DNA of 32,000 nucleotides from an uncultured archaeon (GCA_964354495.1 CAYHAA010000004.1:30001-62000); one strand, 5' to 3'; shown: positions 9,641 to 19,352, counted from the first letter of the stretch. The notes: generated by a model not told the origin, from the letters alone. A program made the numbers and translations.

Positions 9641-10297
9641 ATGTCACTCAGCCAAAAGATATCCAAAATGAGTAGACCAATGATGATTGGACTCTTTGGG
9701 CCCTTCATTGCGCTTGTGTGCATCATAGTCGCGATTCTCCTATCGCCAGGCTTCGACTGGTATGTGAATGCACTCAGTGATCTAGGACACTATACACGAA
9801 CTGATCTTGGCCCATACAAGCTCGTTGGAGCCATCGTTTTCAATAGTGGGCTCATTGTCACGGGTCTGCTCATGCTCTACTACGCCCTATGGTTTGTAAG
9901 GAGAACAACCGATACAGCGACCAAGATTGGCTTTCTTCCACTTGTCATCTCACTCTTCTTCCTCGTTAGTATAGGCATTTTCTCTGAGAACTTCGGGGAG
10001 TTGCATTATTGGGTATCGGTCGGATTCTTCCTCACGTTTCCATTCTCAATGTGGCTCATCGGTCTAGTTTGGTTGAGATTCGCTCGCTTACGATGGTTCT
10101 GCGTGTTGTCATTGATCATTCCATTCCTCTCTGTCTTCATGTGGGCAGATTACCTGAATGGCACCTCAATATGGCAACAGGCAATTCCGGAAATCATTAC
10201 GGCCTTCTCTGCGATTAGCTGGCTCTGGATTATCAACTTACTCCACTATCAGGGCAAACTTGAGGGAGTCATCCCGCCCGCGAAACCAATTGGGTAA
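9641..10297 (+). CDS. DUF998-like integral membrane protein
   Basis: PGFDWYVNALSDLG, FNSGLIVTG, GIFSE..G.LHYWVSVGFF, PE near the last helix; about 6 TM helices; start set to ATG 9641. Confidence 0.8.
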   Translation: MSLSQKISKMSRPMMIGLFGPFIALVCIIVAILLSPGFDWYVNALSDLGHYTRTDLGPYKLVGAIVFNSGLIVTGLLMLYYALWFVRRTTDTATKIGFLPLVISLFFLVSIGIFSENFGELHYWVSVGFFLTFPFSMWLIGLVWLRFARLRWFCVLSLIIPFLSVFMWADYLNGTSIWQQAIPEIITAFSAISWLWIINLLHYQGKLEGVIPPAKPIG

Positions 10298-10317
10298 GTG
10301 AGTTACACTCTGGCTCT

Positions 10318-10734
10318 CTAGTACAGACATTCGCTACAACTTGACATTCCTTTGCCAAGGCAGTCCGCAGCTTTTGGTCCGCCATGCCTAATTCCCCATT
10401 CCTGCATCTTGCCCAATATTGGTGCGAACTCCTGGCCCTTCTTGGTAAGGATATAGTGGACTCGTGCGGGCAATATGCTGGCATCAACCGAGCGTCCAAC
10501 AATGCCCTCTTTCTCAAGTTCGCGAAGTCGTTGAGTCAAGACCTTGGGGCTCACCCAGCTAATTGCTCTATGCAACTCGCTAAACTGGGCGCCCTGCACA
10601 TTCTGCGAGGCAAGGAGTTCCTGAAGCACTAGAATCGCCCATCTCTTGCCTAGGATTCGAGTGACAAGAAAGATGGGGCAGTTCTCTGCAGACTCCCGTG
10701 TGCGGGCAATATGAGAAAGCACGTGAATCACCAC
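10318..10734 (-). CDS. HxlR/HypR-family winged-helix transcriptional regulator
   Basis: CPI...ILGKRWAILVLQEL...FSELHRAISWVSPKVLTQRLRELEKEGIVGR...VHYILTKKG. Likely start is GTG 10724 after GGTGA. Confidence 0.92.
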   Translation of the reverse strand: MVIHVLSHIARTRESAENCPIFLVTRILGKRWAILVLQELLASQNVQGAQFSELHRAISWVSPKVLTQRLRELEKEGIVGRSVDASILPARVHYILTKKGQEFAPILGKMQEWGIRHGGPKAADCLGKGMSSCSECLY

Positions 10735-10741
10735 CAGTTAC

Positions 10742-10794
10742 ACTTACTTTTTGGTAACTACTATACTTATTATAGTATATGGCAGGTATAAATA
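10742..10794. promoter_or_regulatory. Two tandem inverted-repeat operators plus TATA box in the divergent promoter
   Basis: ACTTAC-N6-GTAACT (10742-10759, imperfect), TATACT-N6-AGTATA (10762-10779, perfect), TATAAATA (10787-10794). Confidence 0.65.
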
Positions 10795-10832
10795 ACAATA
10801 GACAATTCTGCTACGGATCGGAGTGATTGAAA

Positions 10833-12047
10833 ATGAGCAAGAGTCCTAAGGATACAAGAGAACGAAAAGAAAAACTGAAACGTGCAGTGAAGAAGCTCCA
10901 TGAAGGCGCGTCGGTTTCAGATGTGAAAGAGGAGTTCAAGGAAATCCTCAAGGATGCATCTCCCTTAGAAATCTCAAAAATAGAACAGGAGATGATAGAG
11001 GAAGGCATCCCAAGAGAGAGAATTCAAAGCCTCTGCGATGTTCACCTCGATCTATTCAAGGATTCGCTTCAGGAACCGAATCCGGATCTTCCTGAGACTC
11101 ATCCCATCTACATTCTGATGCAAGAGCACAAGATCATCTTGAGTACGGCTATTAGACTGGCTGAGCTGGCACAGGTCTGTGGAGGCACCTCGGGACAAGT
11201 TCCTCCTCGCGAGGTCATCTCCGGGATAACGCAGTCCATAGAGGTCTTGAGGGAGTCTGCAAATCACTACCAGAGAGAGGAGAATGTTCTCTTTCCAATC
11301 CTGGAAGCCCACGGGATCACGCAGCCGCCCGCCATCATGTGGTCTGAGCATGATACAATCAGGGGCATCGAGAATACGCTCTTTGGTCTCTTTGAGAAGG
11401 GGCCGAGGCTTGATTCGAAGGCAATGGAAACACTCAGATCATCTGCTCTTTCGCTTTCAGAAACTCTCTCGAGTCACTTCTTCAAGGAGAATACTATCCT
11501 ATTTCAGACATCGCTCAAGCTGTTCTCCGACAGAGAGTGGAAGAAAGCCAGAGCTGACTTCGACGAGATTGGCTATGGAGTATTCAAGCCCAAGGCAGTA
11601 AGAGGCGAGAAGAGAGGGAAGCCACAGACTGGCAGCAGTGATATGAACGGCATGATCAAGTTTGAAACCGGCACTATGACGAGAGAGTTGCTGGAAGCAC
11701 TACTTAACACACTTCCAGTTGATATCACCTTCGTAGATGAAAAAGACAAGGTCCGATATTTCAGTCAGTCTCCTGAGAGAGTCTTCGTTAGATCGAAGTC
11801 AGTGATTGGCAGAGAAGTGCGGAACTGCCACCCTCAGAAGAGTGTAGACAAGGTGGAGCAGATTCTGAACGACTTTCGAGCAGGCACACGTGAGAAGGCA
11901 GAATTCTGGATTAGGATGGGTGAAGCGCTCATATACATCAGGTATTTTCCGGTCAGAGATTCAGAGGGCAAGTATCTGGGATGTTTGGAAGTGACTCAGA
12001 ATATCGCGGAGATACAGAAGATAGAAGGAGAAAAACGGCTTCTTTGA
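10833..12047 (+). CDS. DUF438 + hemerythrin-like + PAS domain protein
   Basis: DUF438 N-terminus (EISKIEQEMIEEG...LCDVH); HPI...EH, HYQREENVLFP, MWSEHD, HFFKENTILF; PAS LPVDITFVDEKDKVRYFS...IGREVRNCHP. Confidence 0.92.
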   Translation: MSKSPKDTRERKEKLKRAVKKLHEGASVSDVKEEFKEILKDASPLEISKIEQEMIEEGIPRERIQSLCDVHLDLFKDSLQEPNPDLPETHPIYILMQEHKIILSTAIRLAELAQVCGGTSGQVPPREVISGITQSIEVLRESANHYQREENVLFPILEAHGITQPPAIMWSEHDTIRGIENTLFGLFEKGPRLDSKAMETLRSSALSLSETLSSHFFKENTILFQTSLKLFSDREWKKARADFDEIGYGVFKPKAVRGEKRGKPQTGSSDMNGMIKFETGTMTRELLEALLNTLPVDITFVDEKDKVRYFSQSPERVFVRSKSVIGREVRNCHPQKSVDKVEQILNDFRAGTREKAEFWIRMGEALIYIRYFPVRDSEGKYLGCLEVTQNIAEIQKIEGEKRLL

Positions 12048-12083
12048 ACGGCAGACGAGTGGTAAATCGATCTTGAAAAGGAA

Positions 12084-12107
12084 AGAGCCTCTATCCCCAG
12101 AGGCTCT
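12084..12107 (+). terminator. Hairpin downstream of the DUF438 gene
   Basis: AGAGCCTCT-atcccc-AGAGGCTCT, perfect 9-bp stem. Confidence 0.55.
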
Positions 12108-12173
12108 ATTCTGCTTTGAACCAGGATGAGGAAGACTTGATATTCCTTCGCATCAGAGAATACACGAGGAATC

Positions 12174-12932
12174 ATGGGAGTAGCAATCGATAGTTTTGTG
12201 AGGGGAGTTCAAATAGCAGGATCGATAGCAATACTTGCGCTCATCTGGAGCCTCTTCACAAGACTACGAGCCGAACCAAGAAAACGTGTAGTGTTCGCGC
12301 GACTGCCTGTTCTTCTGCCTGCGGTTACATTCGTGATATCACTCATCATTGTGGGACAACTAGGGATACTCCCAATGGCCGAATACAAGGGTGAGAACTA
12401 TGTTAGCGAAGCAGCTACTTCTGGCGAGAGATTCAGTTTCAACGTATACGAATCAAATGTAGTGTATACTGAGAATGTCGAGTTGACGATGGAGAAGTAC
12501 CTCATACCTGGTGAGTCCATCACTAACACGGTTGATTTCTATCTCCTTGGCAGTCTTGTTGAAACAGTCTATATCAATCTTGCATCCATGGGAGTAGAAG
12601 ACTTGGTTACGGAACAGAGATTGCTTGATTTGGACCCGGGGCAATATGAGGTGAGAGTTCACAACACCTTCTATGAAAATGGAATCCCTGATGATATGGT
12701 AGACCATTGGGTCGATTTCACACTGTTGCAGTCTGTGAAATCATCATTCATACCTGAGTTGGTGACTTGGAGTAGCATTCAGTTCGGTGTAAATACTGGA
12801 TGCTTCTTCTTCGTACTTGTTGGAATATGTATCGGCGATGATAGTAGGCAGCGTCACGTTGATGAGAGAATATCTGAAGAACCCCAGATGGAGTATGGGG
12901 ATGGAAGCCCGGAATACGGGAAGGGCTGCTAG
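12174..12932 (+). CDS. Hypothetical membrane protein (2 N-terminal TMs, beta-rich loop, C-terminal TM)
   Basis: 252-aa ORF with hydrophobic segments; no family recognised. Confidence 0.75.
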   Translation: MGVAIDSFVRGVQIAGSIAILALIWSLFTRLRAEPRKRVVFARLPVLLPAVTFVISLIIVGQLGILPMAEYKGENYVSEAATSGERFSFNVYESNVVYTENVELTMEKYLIPGESITNTVDFYLLGSLVETVYINLASMGVEDLVTEQRLLDLDPGQYEVRVHNTFYENGIPDDMVDHWVDFTLLQSVKSSFIPELVTWSSIQFGVNTGCFFFVLVGICIGDDSRQRHVDERISEEPQMEYGDGSPEYGKGC

Positions 12933-12988
12933 TCGTCACAGCGAGCAAGTTCACTCTTGTTAATCAGCACACTGTCTGGACTCCAGAA

Positions 12989-13873
12989 TCATAATCGGTT
13001 GGTGTGCAAACCCGCCTTCTGCAGTAATACGTACTCGGAACCCACTCGCTGAAAGGAGTGGTCGTAAAGGTACTCCAGAATCTCTTGATGACTATCCTGT
13101 ACCCAGAAGGTAAGATTTCCTGTGGCAGCGTGATTTGATGCAGACTGAATCACATCAAGGCCGTTCCCGTCCAAATAGCAGAAGCTAACAACTGTGCTGT
13201 CTTCGAATTCAAAATCGGTCTCGAATCTCAAAAACCCAACAATGTCCTTCTTCTTTCTCATCCTTACAGTGTATGCTTCAGATGCGTGTATCACTCTTCT
13301 CCAGTCAGCCTCATCCCTGTGACTCCACCAGCCATCGGGTCTTAGTTCGACCAGTTGCGGTACATGGCTCTCTTTTGCAGGTTCGAGCCTGCATTCTCCA
13401 GATTCGCAGAAGTGTGAAGGCCCTTTTAGGTCGATGACCAATGCGCGAACACTATACCCCAGTCGCTCGTAGAATGGCAATGCACGTAGATTGTGAGTCT
13501 TCACACCGAGAGCGAAGTGTGAAATCCTTGGGTTTCTCGTGAACATGATCTTTTGAGACTCTTGAACGAGAGCCTGCCCAACACCCTTGCTTCTCCAATC
13601 AGGCGCTACAGCCAGCTCCCAGATGACACCCCAGTGAAGACGTTCTGAGGGGAAGTTGATGGCCACTCCCACGATTTTGTTATTCACTGCTGCTACTCGC
13701 CACATAGAACCCAAGGCGCTATTCTCCTCACTGCGAGCCCACCATTTCAGGAACACCTCGTACGAGATTCGGTCTACATTGGGCAGACCTGTCTGATAGA
13801 CTTGGAATACCTGCTCCCTCTCAGTCTCACGAGGTGCGCGAATCTCAATCTTATCAACCACACTTATGACCAT
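12989..13873 (-). CDS. GNAT N-acetyltransferase (tandem paralogue 2)
   Basis: WELAVAPDWRSKGVGQAL acetyl-CoA motif, NLRALPFYERLGY; start set to ATG 13873. Confidence 0.88.
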   Translation of the reverse strand: MVISVVDKIEIRAPRETEREQVFQVYQTGLPNVDRISYEVFLKWWARSEENSALGSMWRVAAVNNKIVGVAINFPSERLHWGVIWELAVAPDWRSKGVGQALVQESQKIMFTRNPRISHFALGVKTHNLRALPFYERLGYSVRALVIDLKGPSHFCESGECRLEPAKESHVPQLVELRPDGWWSHRDEADWRRVIHASEAYTVRMRKKKDIVGFLRFETDFEFEDSTVVSFCYLDGNGLDVIQSASNHAATGNLTFWVQDSHQEILEYLYDHSFQRVGSEYVLLQKAGLHTNRL

Positions 13874-13999
13874 CCATGCCAGACTGTCGGGTGAAACAGA
13901 TCTGGACAACCTGGCGGAAGCGCAGAAGAGCCTCATAAGACTGATTGTTCGCTCGACAATTGATTAGCTAATCATGAATCAGAATTCCAAGCGACGAGG

Positions 14000-14893
14000 C
14001 TAATCAGAGAGTATTTCAGAAAGTCCTTTGACCCTTTTTCTGGCAAGGAACTCTGCCGCAGCTCGAAGGAACCCTTTTGCATAGAGATGGTCTAGTATCT
14101 CCTCATGTTTGGATTGAACCCAGAGTATGGCCTTCTTAGTCTTGACCTGATTGAGAGCTGCATCTACCACGTCTTTTCCGTAGCCCTGTCGATAGCTGAA
14201 CGAAATCACCGTCGAATCTGGGTAATCATGATCATACTCATATCGGACAAAGCCAACAATCAGGTTGCTTGTAGGTTCTGCTATGAGGTGGCAATTTCCA
14301 CCACGCAGTGAGAACTCAATCATGCGGTAGTCGCGGAGTCCCCAATAGGTATCAGGAGTGAGATGCATTATTAGAGGTATATCCTCCAACCTCGGAATCT
14401 TCACTTCAAGCGTTCTGATGAATGTCTGTTTATCAACAGATCCGTCAAGGCGCAGAACAAGAGCTTGTATGCCATAACCAAGTCGTTCAGCAAACGGAAT
14501 CGCAACAGGATTCTGAAGCTTCACAGCCATCGCGAAGTGGGTCAGGGCGGGATTGCGTTCCAGAAGAGCGTGTTCCGACTCTTGCGCAAGACGAGTTCCA
14601 ATGCCCTTGCGCCTCCATTCTGGACCTACTACAAGCTCCCAAATAGCGCCCCAGCCATAACTGTCTAGAACCATACTGATAGATACACCCACCAACTCAT
14701 CTTCAACAGCTGCGACCCTCCAGAGAGCCAAGAGGCCACCAAGTATCTTGCTCCTATTCCACCACCTTGAGAATCCATCGTATGTCAAAGAGTCTACATT
14801 GGGTACCCCTGTCTGATATACGCGATAGAACGAGGACATTTCCTCCAATGTTGGGGGACGAACTACTGTTTCAATCAAATCAGATGACCTCAC
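14000..14893 (-). CDS. GNAT N-acetyltransferase (tandem paralogue 1)
   Basis: WELVVGPEWRRKGIGTRL, NPVAIPFAERLGY; collinear with 12989..13873. Confidence 0.88.
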   Translation of the reverse strand: MRSSDLIETVVRPPTLEEMSSFYRVYQTGVPNVDSLTYDGFSRWWNRSKILGGLLALWRVAAVEDELVGVSISMVLDSYGWGAIWELVVGPEWRRKGIGTRLAQESEHALLERNPALTHFAMAVKLQNPVAIPFAERLGYGIQALVLRLDGSVDKQTFIRTLEVKIPRLEDIPLIMHLTPDTYWGLRDYRMIEFSLRGGNCHLIAEPTSNLIVGFVRYEYDHDYPDSTVISFSYRQGYGKDVVDAALNQVKTKKAILWVQSKHEEILDHLYAKGFLRAAAEFLARKRVKGLSEILSD

Positions 14894-15155
14894 AACGAGT
14901 GATATGATTCATTTATCCTATTCTCATTATGGCAATGAAAGAATCCAGACTGGCATTTATATGCTATCAAACTCCGATAAGTCTGACTTCTGTTCGAATT
15001 CCTTCTGACTGTCAGTTGTGCTGCCTCTGAGAACTGGAGGAAGCAAGAAACTGTGTTTCGCAAAGCTCTGTTATCCGGTCTGACACCTGCTCCTCTCTCT
15101 AGACCATTCGAAATCAGGACCATAACAGGGGTCAAAAAGGAAGAAAGAGAGGGAA

Positions 15156-15175
15156 TGACCCCAGTCCTGGGGTCA
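15156..15175 (-). terminator. Terminator of the FAD/Fe-S operon
   Basis: TGACCCCAG-tc-CTGGGGTCA, followed on the minus strand by a long pyrimidine tract (TTCCCTCTCTTTCTTCCTTTTTG). Confidence 0.6.
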
Positions 15176-15181
15176 CTCTGA

Positions 15182-16498
15182 CTATAGCAGGTCATCGAGA
15201 ACCTCAAGAAGTTCCACAACTTTGAGCTTTGATCCGACGCTGGACAGGTTCTTGCCGGTTTCTTCCTCTTCCTTCTTGAGGGCCTTGATGCCGTCATTGA
15301 AATTGGTTATGCAGAATGGACATGACGTCATCAGGATGTCTGCACCGGTCGAGGCAGCCTCTTTCAGGCGCGCCTTCGCGGTGGATAGAGCCATGTCTGG
15401 GAACTGAGCCTTGACACCGCCTCCAGCACCACAGCAGAATGAATCACCCTTGACTCGATACATCTCTCTCAACTCAAGTCCGGGAATTGCGCTAAGGACG
15501 ACACGTGGAATCTCGTAGTGTGCTTCCTTTGCCTTTTCGGCAGCCCTGCTATCAGTAAGCCAGTTCTTCGAGTTCTGGAGAATGTCCTTCTCAATGGCGA
15601 TACCGACATGTCGAATGCTGTGACAGGGATCGTGCCAGGTGACCTTCTTGTTGTAGGGGTTCTTGATCTTGAGTTTGCCCTGTTGGAGAAGGTCATAGAC
15701 GTACTCAACGGTGTGCCGTGTCTTGAAGGGGAGCGGCTTGCCACTGATCCGTGGGTAGTCATTCCTGATGGTCTTGTAGCAGCCAGCGCACGAGAAGAGC
15801 AGGAGGTCGAACTCCTTGAACGTCTCTAGGTTCTTCTCCATCACCTCCTTGAAGGTGGCCTTTTGACCAGTCCTCAGGATGGGTGAACCACAACAGACCT
15901 CGTCTGAGAGGATGGTGAAGTCGACACCGAGCTTCTTCAAGATAGACGCTGTATGGTCAGCAACATGCTGCTGACGGTAGGCGCCTGTGCAACCCACAAA
16001 GTATCCAACCTTCACATTCTTGTCGATGTGATCTGCATGCTTCTCCAGAGCCCACTTGGTGCGATCACTCCTTGCCTCATTGTAAGGATTCCGCATGTCA
16101 TCGTTGCCGACCATCTCCCGGAACTTTGCATGCTTGGGCAGAGGATCTACACCAGACTCAATGATAGCAGCCCTCAGCTCTTCCGTCACATGAACCGTGT
16201 CAATGTAGTTGGGACACTGAGTTTCACACATGCCACAGGTGGTACATGCCTCAGCAATCTCAAGGAATTCCGGACTAGCAGCAAGCTCTCCATTCAGAAA
16301 GGCGCGAGCCATCCACTGCTTTCCGGAGTTGAAATACCCCTCCCAGCCGTAGTAAATACCAGCTGGGCACCCCTGAAGCATGCCGGTGTACTCCTCGTTC
16401 TTTCCTTCCCTGTCAGGTTCTCCAGAGTAAGCGTACTGACATGCACGACAGTGAATACAGCGTGCATTGATTCTGCGAAGATCTTCTAGACTAGTCAT
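15182..16498 (-). CDS. HdrD/GlcF-like (Fe-S)-binding protein with two ferredoxin motifs and CCG domains
   Basis: CIHCRAC...CP, CTTCGMCETQCP, GC, CCG, CAGC, HDPCH, CCGAGGG, CPFC. Confidence 0.92.
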   Translation of the reverse strand: MTSLEDLRRINARCIHCRACQYAYSGEPDREGKNEEYTGMLQGCPAGIYYGWEGYFNSGKQWMARAFLNGELAASPEFLEIAEACTTCGMCETQCPNYIDTVHVTEELRAAIIESGVDPLPKHAKFREMVGNDDMRNPYNEARSDRTKWALEKHADHIDKNVKVGYFVGCTGAYRQQHVADHTASILKKLGVDFTILSDEVCCGSPILRTGQKATFKEVMEKNLETFKEFDLLLFSCAGCYKTIRNDYPRISGKPLPFKTRHTVEYVYDLLQQGKLKIKNPYNKKVTWHDPCHSIRHVGIAIEKDILQNSKNWLTDSRAAEKAKEAHYEIPRVVLSAIPGLELREMYRVKGDSFCCGAGGGVKAQFPDMALSTAKARLKEAASTGADILMTSCPFCITNFNDGIKALKKEEEETGKNLSSVGSKLKVVELLEVLDDLL

Positions 16499-16563
16499 CT
16501 CAATCTCTCCTCCGTGTTCTACCTAGCATTAAAGATGTTACGATTTGTAACTTTTTCAGCCCC

Positions 16564-18087
16564 CTAGTTTCGTTTCTTGCATGGATTGGGCAGGTCCGTT
16601 ACGCTCTCCCATGGGATTGCAAGACGACCTGGGTGTAGTATTAGATTTGGATCTAGGACCTTGCGGAACTTGACCAGCATCTTGTAGTATTCCTTGGCTT
16701 TGGAGAAAGTCTGCGGAGCATGCACGAATGGATCTGGTCGATAGTTGAGCCAACCCTTCTTCAGGAAACTCTTTGTGGTTTCCAGATTGAACTCGCGTAT
16801 CTTCTCATAGATACCAGCCTTTGTACTGTCAAAACAAAGGATAGGCATTACGATTGCCTGTCGTGCATGGTCGATGGACGCGACCCACATTGTCGGTGGA
16901 AATCCATGGTTCTCCATGGCTGCGCAATACTCCTCCATCATTTTGCTGGACTCGAGCCATGGACAATACCATGTGATGAACAGGAATCCAGCCTCCCAGA
17001 GGGAGTAGGGAACAGCAATCTTGTTGGGCTTCTTGAGCCGCGAGGCAATCTGTTTGGGATGAAGCTGTTGTTGGGGCGTAACACGTTTCTCACGGACTTC
17101 GTAGTCCTTGTAGATCTTGTCAATGCCCTTCAGGGTGAAGTCGAGCTCCTCTTGGGACCAGGCCCAGACCTCATAGTTCATCCACTTTCTGTCAACGCCA
17201 ATCTTCTTGTAGAATTCATAGTCAAGTGGCACATTGGTCTTTGGCCAGCGTGTCTGGACGAGCTGGAAATTGCCGCCTTGGACCATCACAGTCCGCTCGC
17301 TGATGCCCATTTCATGCCTTGATATCTCCCATGCGGGCTTAACGACGTCATCCCATGATTCCCCGCCATACGCGACGACGGTCTTGTAGTGGGGATGGGG
17401 AACCATCTTGATGGCACACTTAGTGATGATGCCCATGGAGCCCTGAGAACCGAGGAAGAGACCATCAGGGTTCGGACCGATACCCCAGCGATAGAATGGC
17501 TTTGCACCAGGAAGAGCCCAGGAACCAGTATGGAACATCTCTCCAGTGGGTAGGACTACCTCCAGACCCATGATCATGTCTGCCTGTGGACCATATACCC
17601 CAGTCACTAGACTGAAACCACGCTCGATAGCATCTCCCAAGACAGTGGCCGCGGGGGGTGCACCGTCGGGGATTGGTGGAGCCCAGTCCGGGTACTGTGT
17701 CTTGAATATTCTCCAAGCATCGCCAGATCTCACACCAGGTTCTACCACCATGACCCGATTCTCTGTATCCACCGTCATTTTGTCCATGCGGGTCATGTCC
17801 ATGTAGATGCCGCCAGGCTGAATCGCTGGGAGGGCAAAGCCGCCGCTCAGACCTCCAGCTGCGGGCGTGACAGGGCAAAGGTTCTCGTTTGCGACCACCA
17901 GGATCTTGGAAACTTGTTCTGCATTCTCTGGTCTCACAATGACCTCGGGCAGTTCAGCTTCAAGACCCATGATGCCTCGTGCCATGTAGCTGTGACGAAG
18001 AGGTTCGCTGGTTGTGACGTACTTATCGCCACAAATAGCCACCAGTTTCTTGACCACTTTGTCGGTGACCTTGTTGTAGTTGCTCAC
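16564..18087 (-). CDS. FAD-binding oxidoreductase (VAO/PCMH-type FAD fold)
   Basis: PEVIVRPENAEQV, MDMTRMDK, VEPGV, IMGLEVVLPTGE, GPNPDGLFLGSQGSMGIITK, C-terminal K..DP..ILHPG; GTG start after GGAGG. Confidence 0.92.
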   Translation of the reverse strand: MSNYNKVTDKVVKKLVAICGDKYVTTSEPLRHSYMARGIMGLEAELPEVIVRPENAEQVSKILVVANENLCPVTPAAGGLSGGFALPAIQPGGIYMDMTRMDKMTVDTENRVMVVEPGVRSGDAWRIFKTQYPDWAPPIPDGAPPAATVLGDAIERGFSLVTGVYGPQADMIMGLEVVLPTGEMFHTGSWALPGAKPFYRWGIGPNPDGLFLGSQGSMGIITKCAIKMVPHPHYKTVVAYGGESWDDVVKPAWEISRHEMGISERTVMVQGGNFQLVQTRWPKTNVPLDYEFYKKIGVDRKWMNYEVWAWSQEELDFTLKGIDKIYKDYEVREKRVTPQQQLHPKQIASRLKKPNKIAVPYSLWEAGFLFITWYCPWLESSKMMEEYCAAMENHGFPPTMWVASIDHARQAIVMPILCFDSTKAGIYEKIREFNLETTKSFLKKGWLNYRPDPFVHAPQTFSKAKEYYKMLVKFRKVLDPNLILHPGRLAIPWESVTDLPNPCKKRN

Positions 18088-18124
18088 CTATAATCCTCCG
18101 TTGTCAGCCGCCAGGGCTGAATCG

Positions 18125-18177
18125 TGAATCGTCGATATTAGATTCTCGCCAGAAAACACCCTCATAAATATGCATCG
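18125..18177. repeat. 53-bp direct repeat, copy 1 (contains the minus-strand TATA of the FAD gene)
   Basis: 46/53 identical to 19353-19405 by manual alignment; TATTTATG on the minus strand at 18163-18170. Confidence 0.85.
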
Positions 18178-18298
18178 ACTGAGAAACCCACGTCAAATTG
18201 GTCAGTTAGAAGGAATACTGAATAGGTTTCAATTGCTAATTCGATATGGGATTGACTTAATGGTGGATTATGGCCAATAAAAACAAGAGACCAAGGGA

Positions 18299-19204
18299 TT
18301 GGTCAGTCTAGAAATAGAAGGGGCCAGACTTGCTGAGTTTGACTTCAATGATATCTCAAATCTTCAGAACATGCAGAGAATCAACCTTGGTGCGAATAAT
18401 CTGAAATCGATTGATCTCTCGCCTCTTTCTGGAAACACACATCTTGTAGAGCTGATTCTGTATTTCAACAATCTAGAGGACATTGGTCTATCTCCTCTTA
18501 GCTCATGTGTGAATTTGGAATACCTGGACTTAGCAGAGAACAATATTAGAGAGATAGACCTTAGACCATTATCGTCATGCACGAAATTGAAAGCCATCAA
18601 TCTGGGCGGTAACCATACACGGGTCATTGACCTAAAACCGCTCTCAAGTCTGCCAGACTTGAAGATTCTGACAATTGATAATATGCACCTCACAGAGATT
18701 GATCTATCTCCACTGAAGAACTGTACGAAACTGGAATTCTTGAAGGCCAATGACAATCAGATAAAATCAATTGATATCACGCCACTCTCTGATTGCATGT
18801 CCTTGACCGATTTTGAGGTTGATAGGATTGATTTAGTGACGACATTGGAGCTTGAGATCAATGATTGGCCTGAGGGAATTCGAAAACATAGAAAGAGAAT
18901 TCGGTTAGTCGATTCACGTATTCTTCTCCAAACCGAAACCCGGGGAATACTAGAACCAGATTATACCCGGGGAACACTAGAAACAGATCATCGCCAAAAG
19001 CCCAGACTGAAATCGGTACATAGTATACGAGAGATAGTTCTCATCATCGGCATTCCATTGATAGTAGGGTGTACTATTGAGATACTATTCGGCGCAACAT
19101 TGACTCCTGGTCAGACTGGACTCCTTCTAGGATTCATTGCTCTAATTGAATTCGTCTTATACGTTGTTGTAAGCTGGGAACGCGATGGAGAGCAAAGCAC
19201 TTGA
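18299..19204 (+). CDS. Leucine-rich-repeat protein with two C-terminal TM helices
   Basis: About 6.5 repeats of 24 aa (IDLxPLSxxxxLxxLxLxxNxLxx); TTG start just after an in-frame TAA at 18278, so possibly 5'-truncated. Confidence 0.85.
   Translation: MVSLEIEGARLAEFDFNDISNLQNMQRINLGANNLKSIDLSPLSGNTHLVELILYFNNLEDIGLSPLSSCVNLEYLDLAENNIREIDLRPLSSCTKLKAINLGGNHTRVIDLKPLSSLPDLKILTIDNMHLTEIDLSPLKNCTKLEFLKANDNQIKSIDITPLSDCMSLTDFEVDRIDLVTTLELEINDWPEGIRKHRKRIRLVDSRILLQTETRGILEPDYTRGTLETDHRQKPRLKSVHSIREIVLIIGIPLIVGCTIEILFGATLTPGQTGLLLGFIALIEFVLYVVVSWERDGEQST
18938..18991 (+). repeat. 27-bp tandem duplication inside the LRR gene
   Basis: ACCCGGGGAATACTAGAACCAGATTAT / ACCCGGGGAACACTAGAAACAGATCAT (24/27), encoding TRGILEPDY / TRGTLETDH. 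Confidence 0.85.
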
Positions 19205-19352
19205 GAAGATGAAGGCGAAAAGGGTACTGTCATCTAGAGGTGTGATTGGCCGCTTTGGAGCATACCTACAACATCCTCAGACGCCTGCCACCACTTTTCA
19301 GAGGATTGGACAACTTGGATCCGTGATTGAGCTGAATTACAGAGTCAGGTCA

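Noticed and set aside
14890-15297. 135-aa minus-strand ORF between the Fe-S gene and the GNATs
   Set aside because: Overlaps the Fe-S gene end, crosses a terminator and a TATA-like element, and has non-protein-like composition.
19306-19319. TTGGACAACTTGGA resembling the element's subterminal repeat
   Set aside because: 9-bp rather than 10-bp spacing, no partner end and no core; would only matter if a genome-wide search finds eroded copies.
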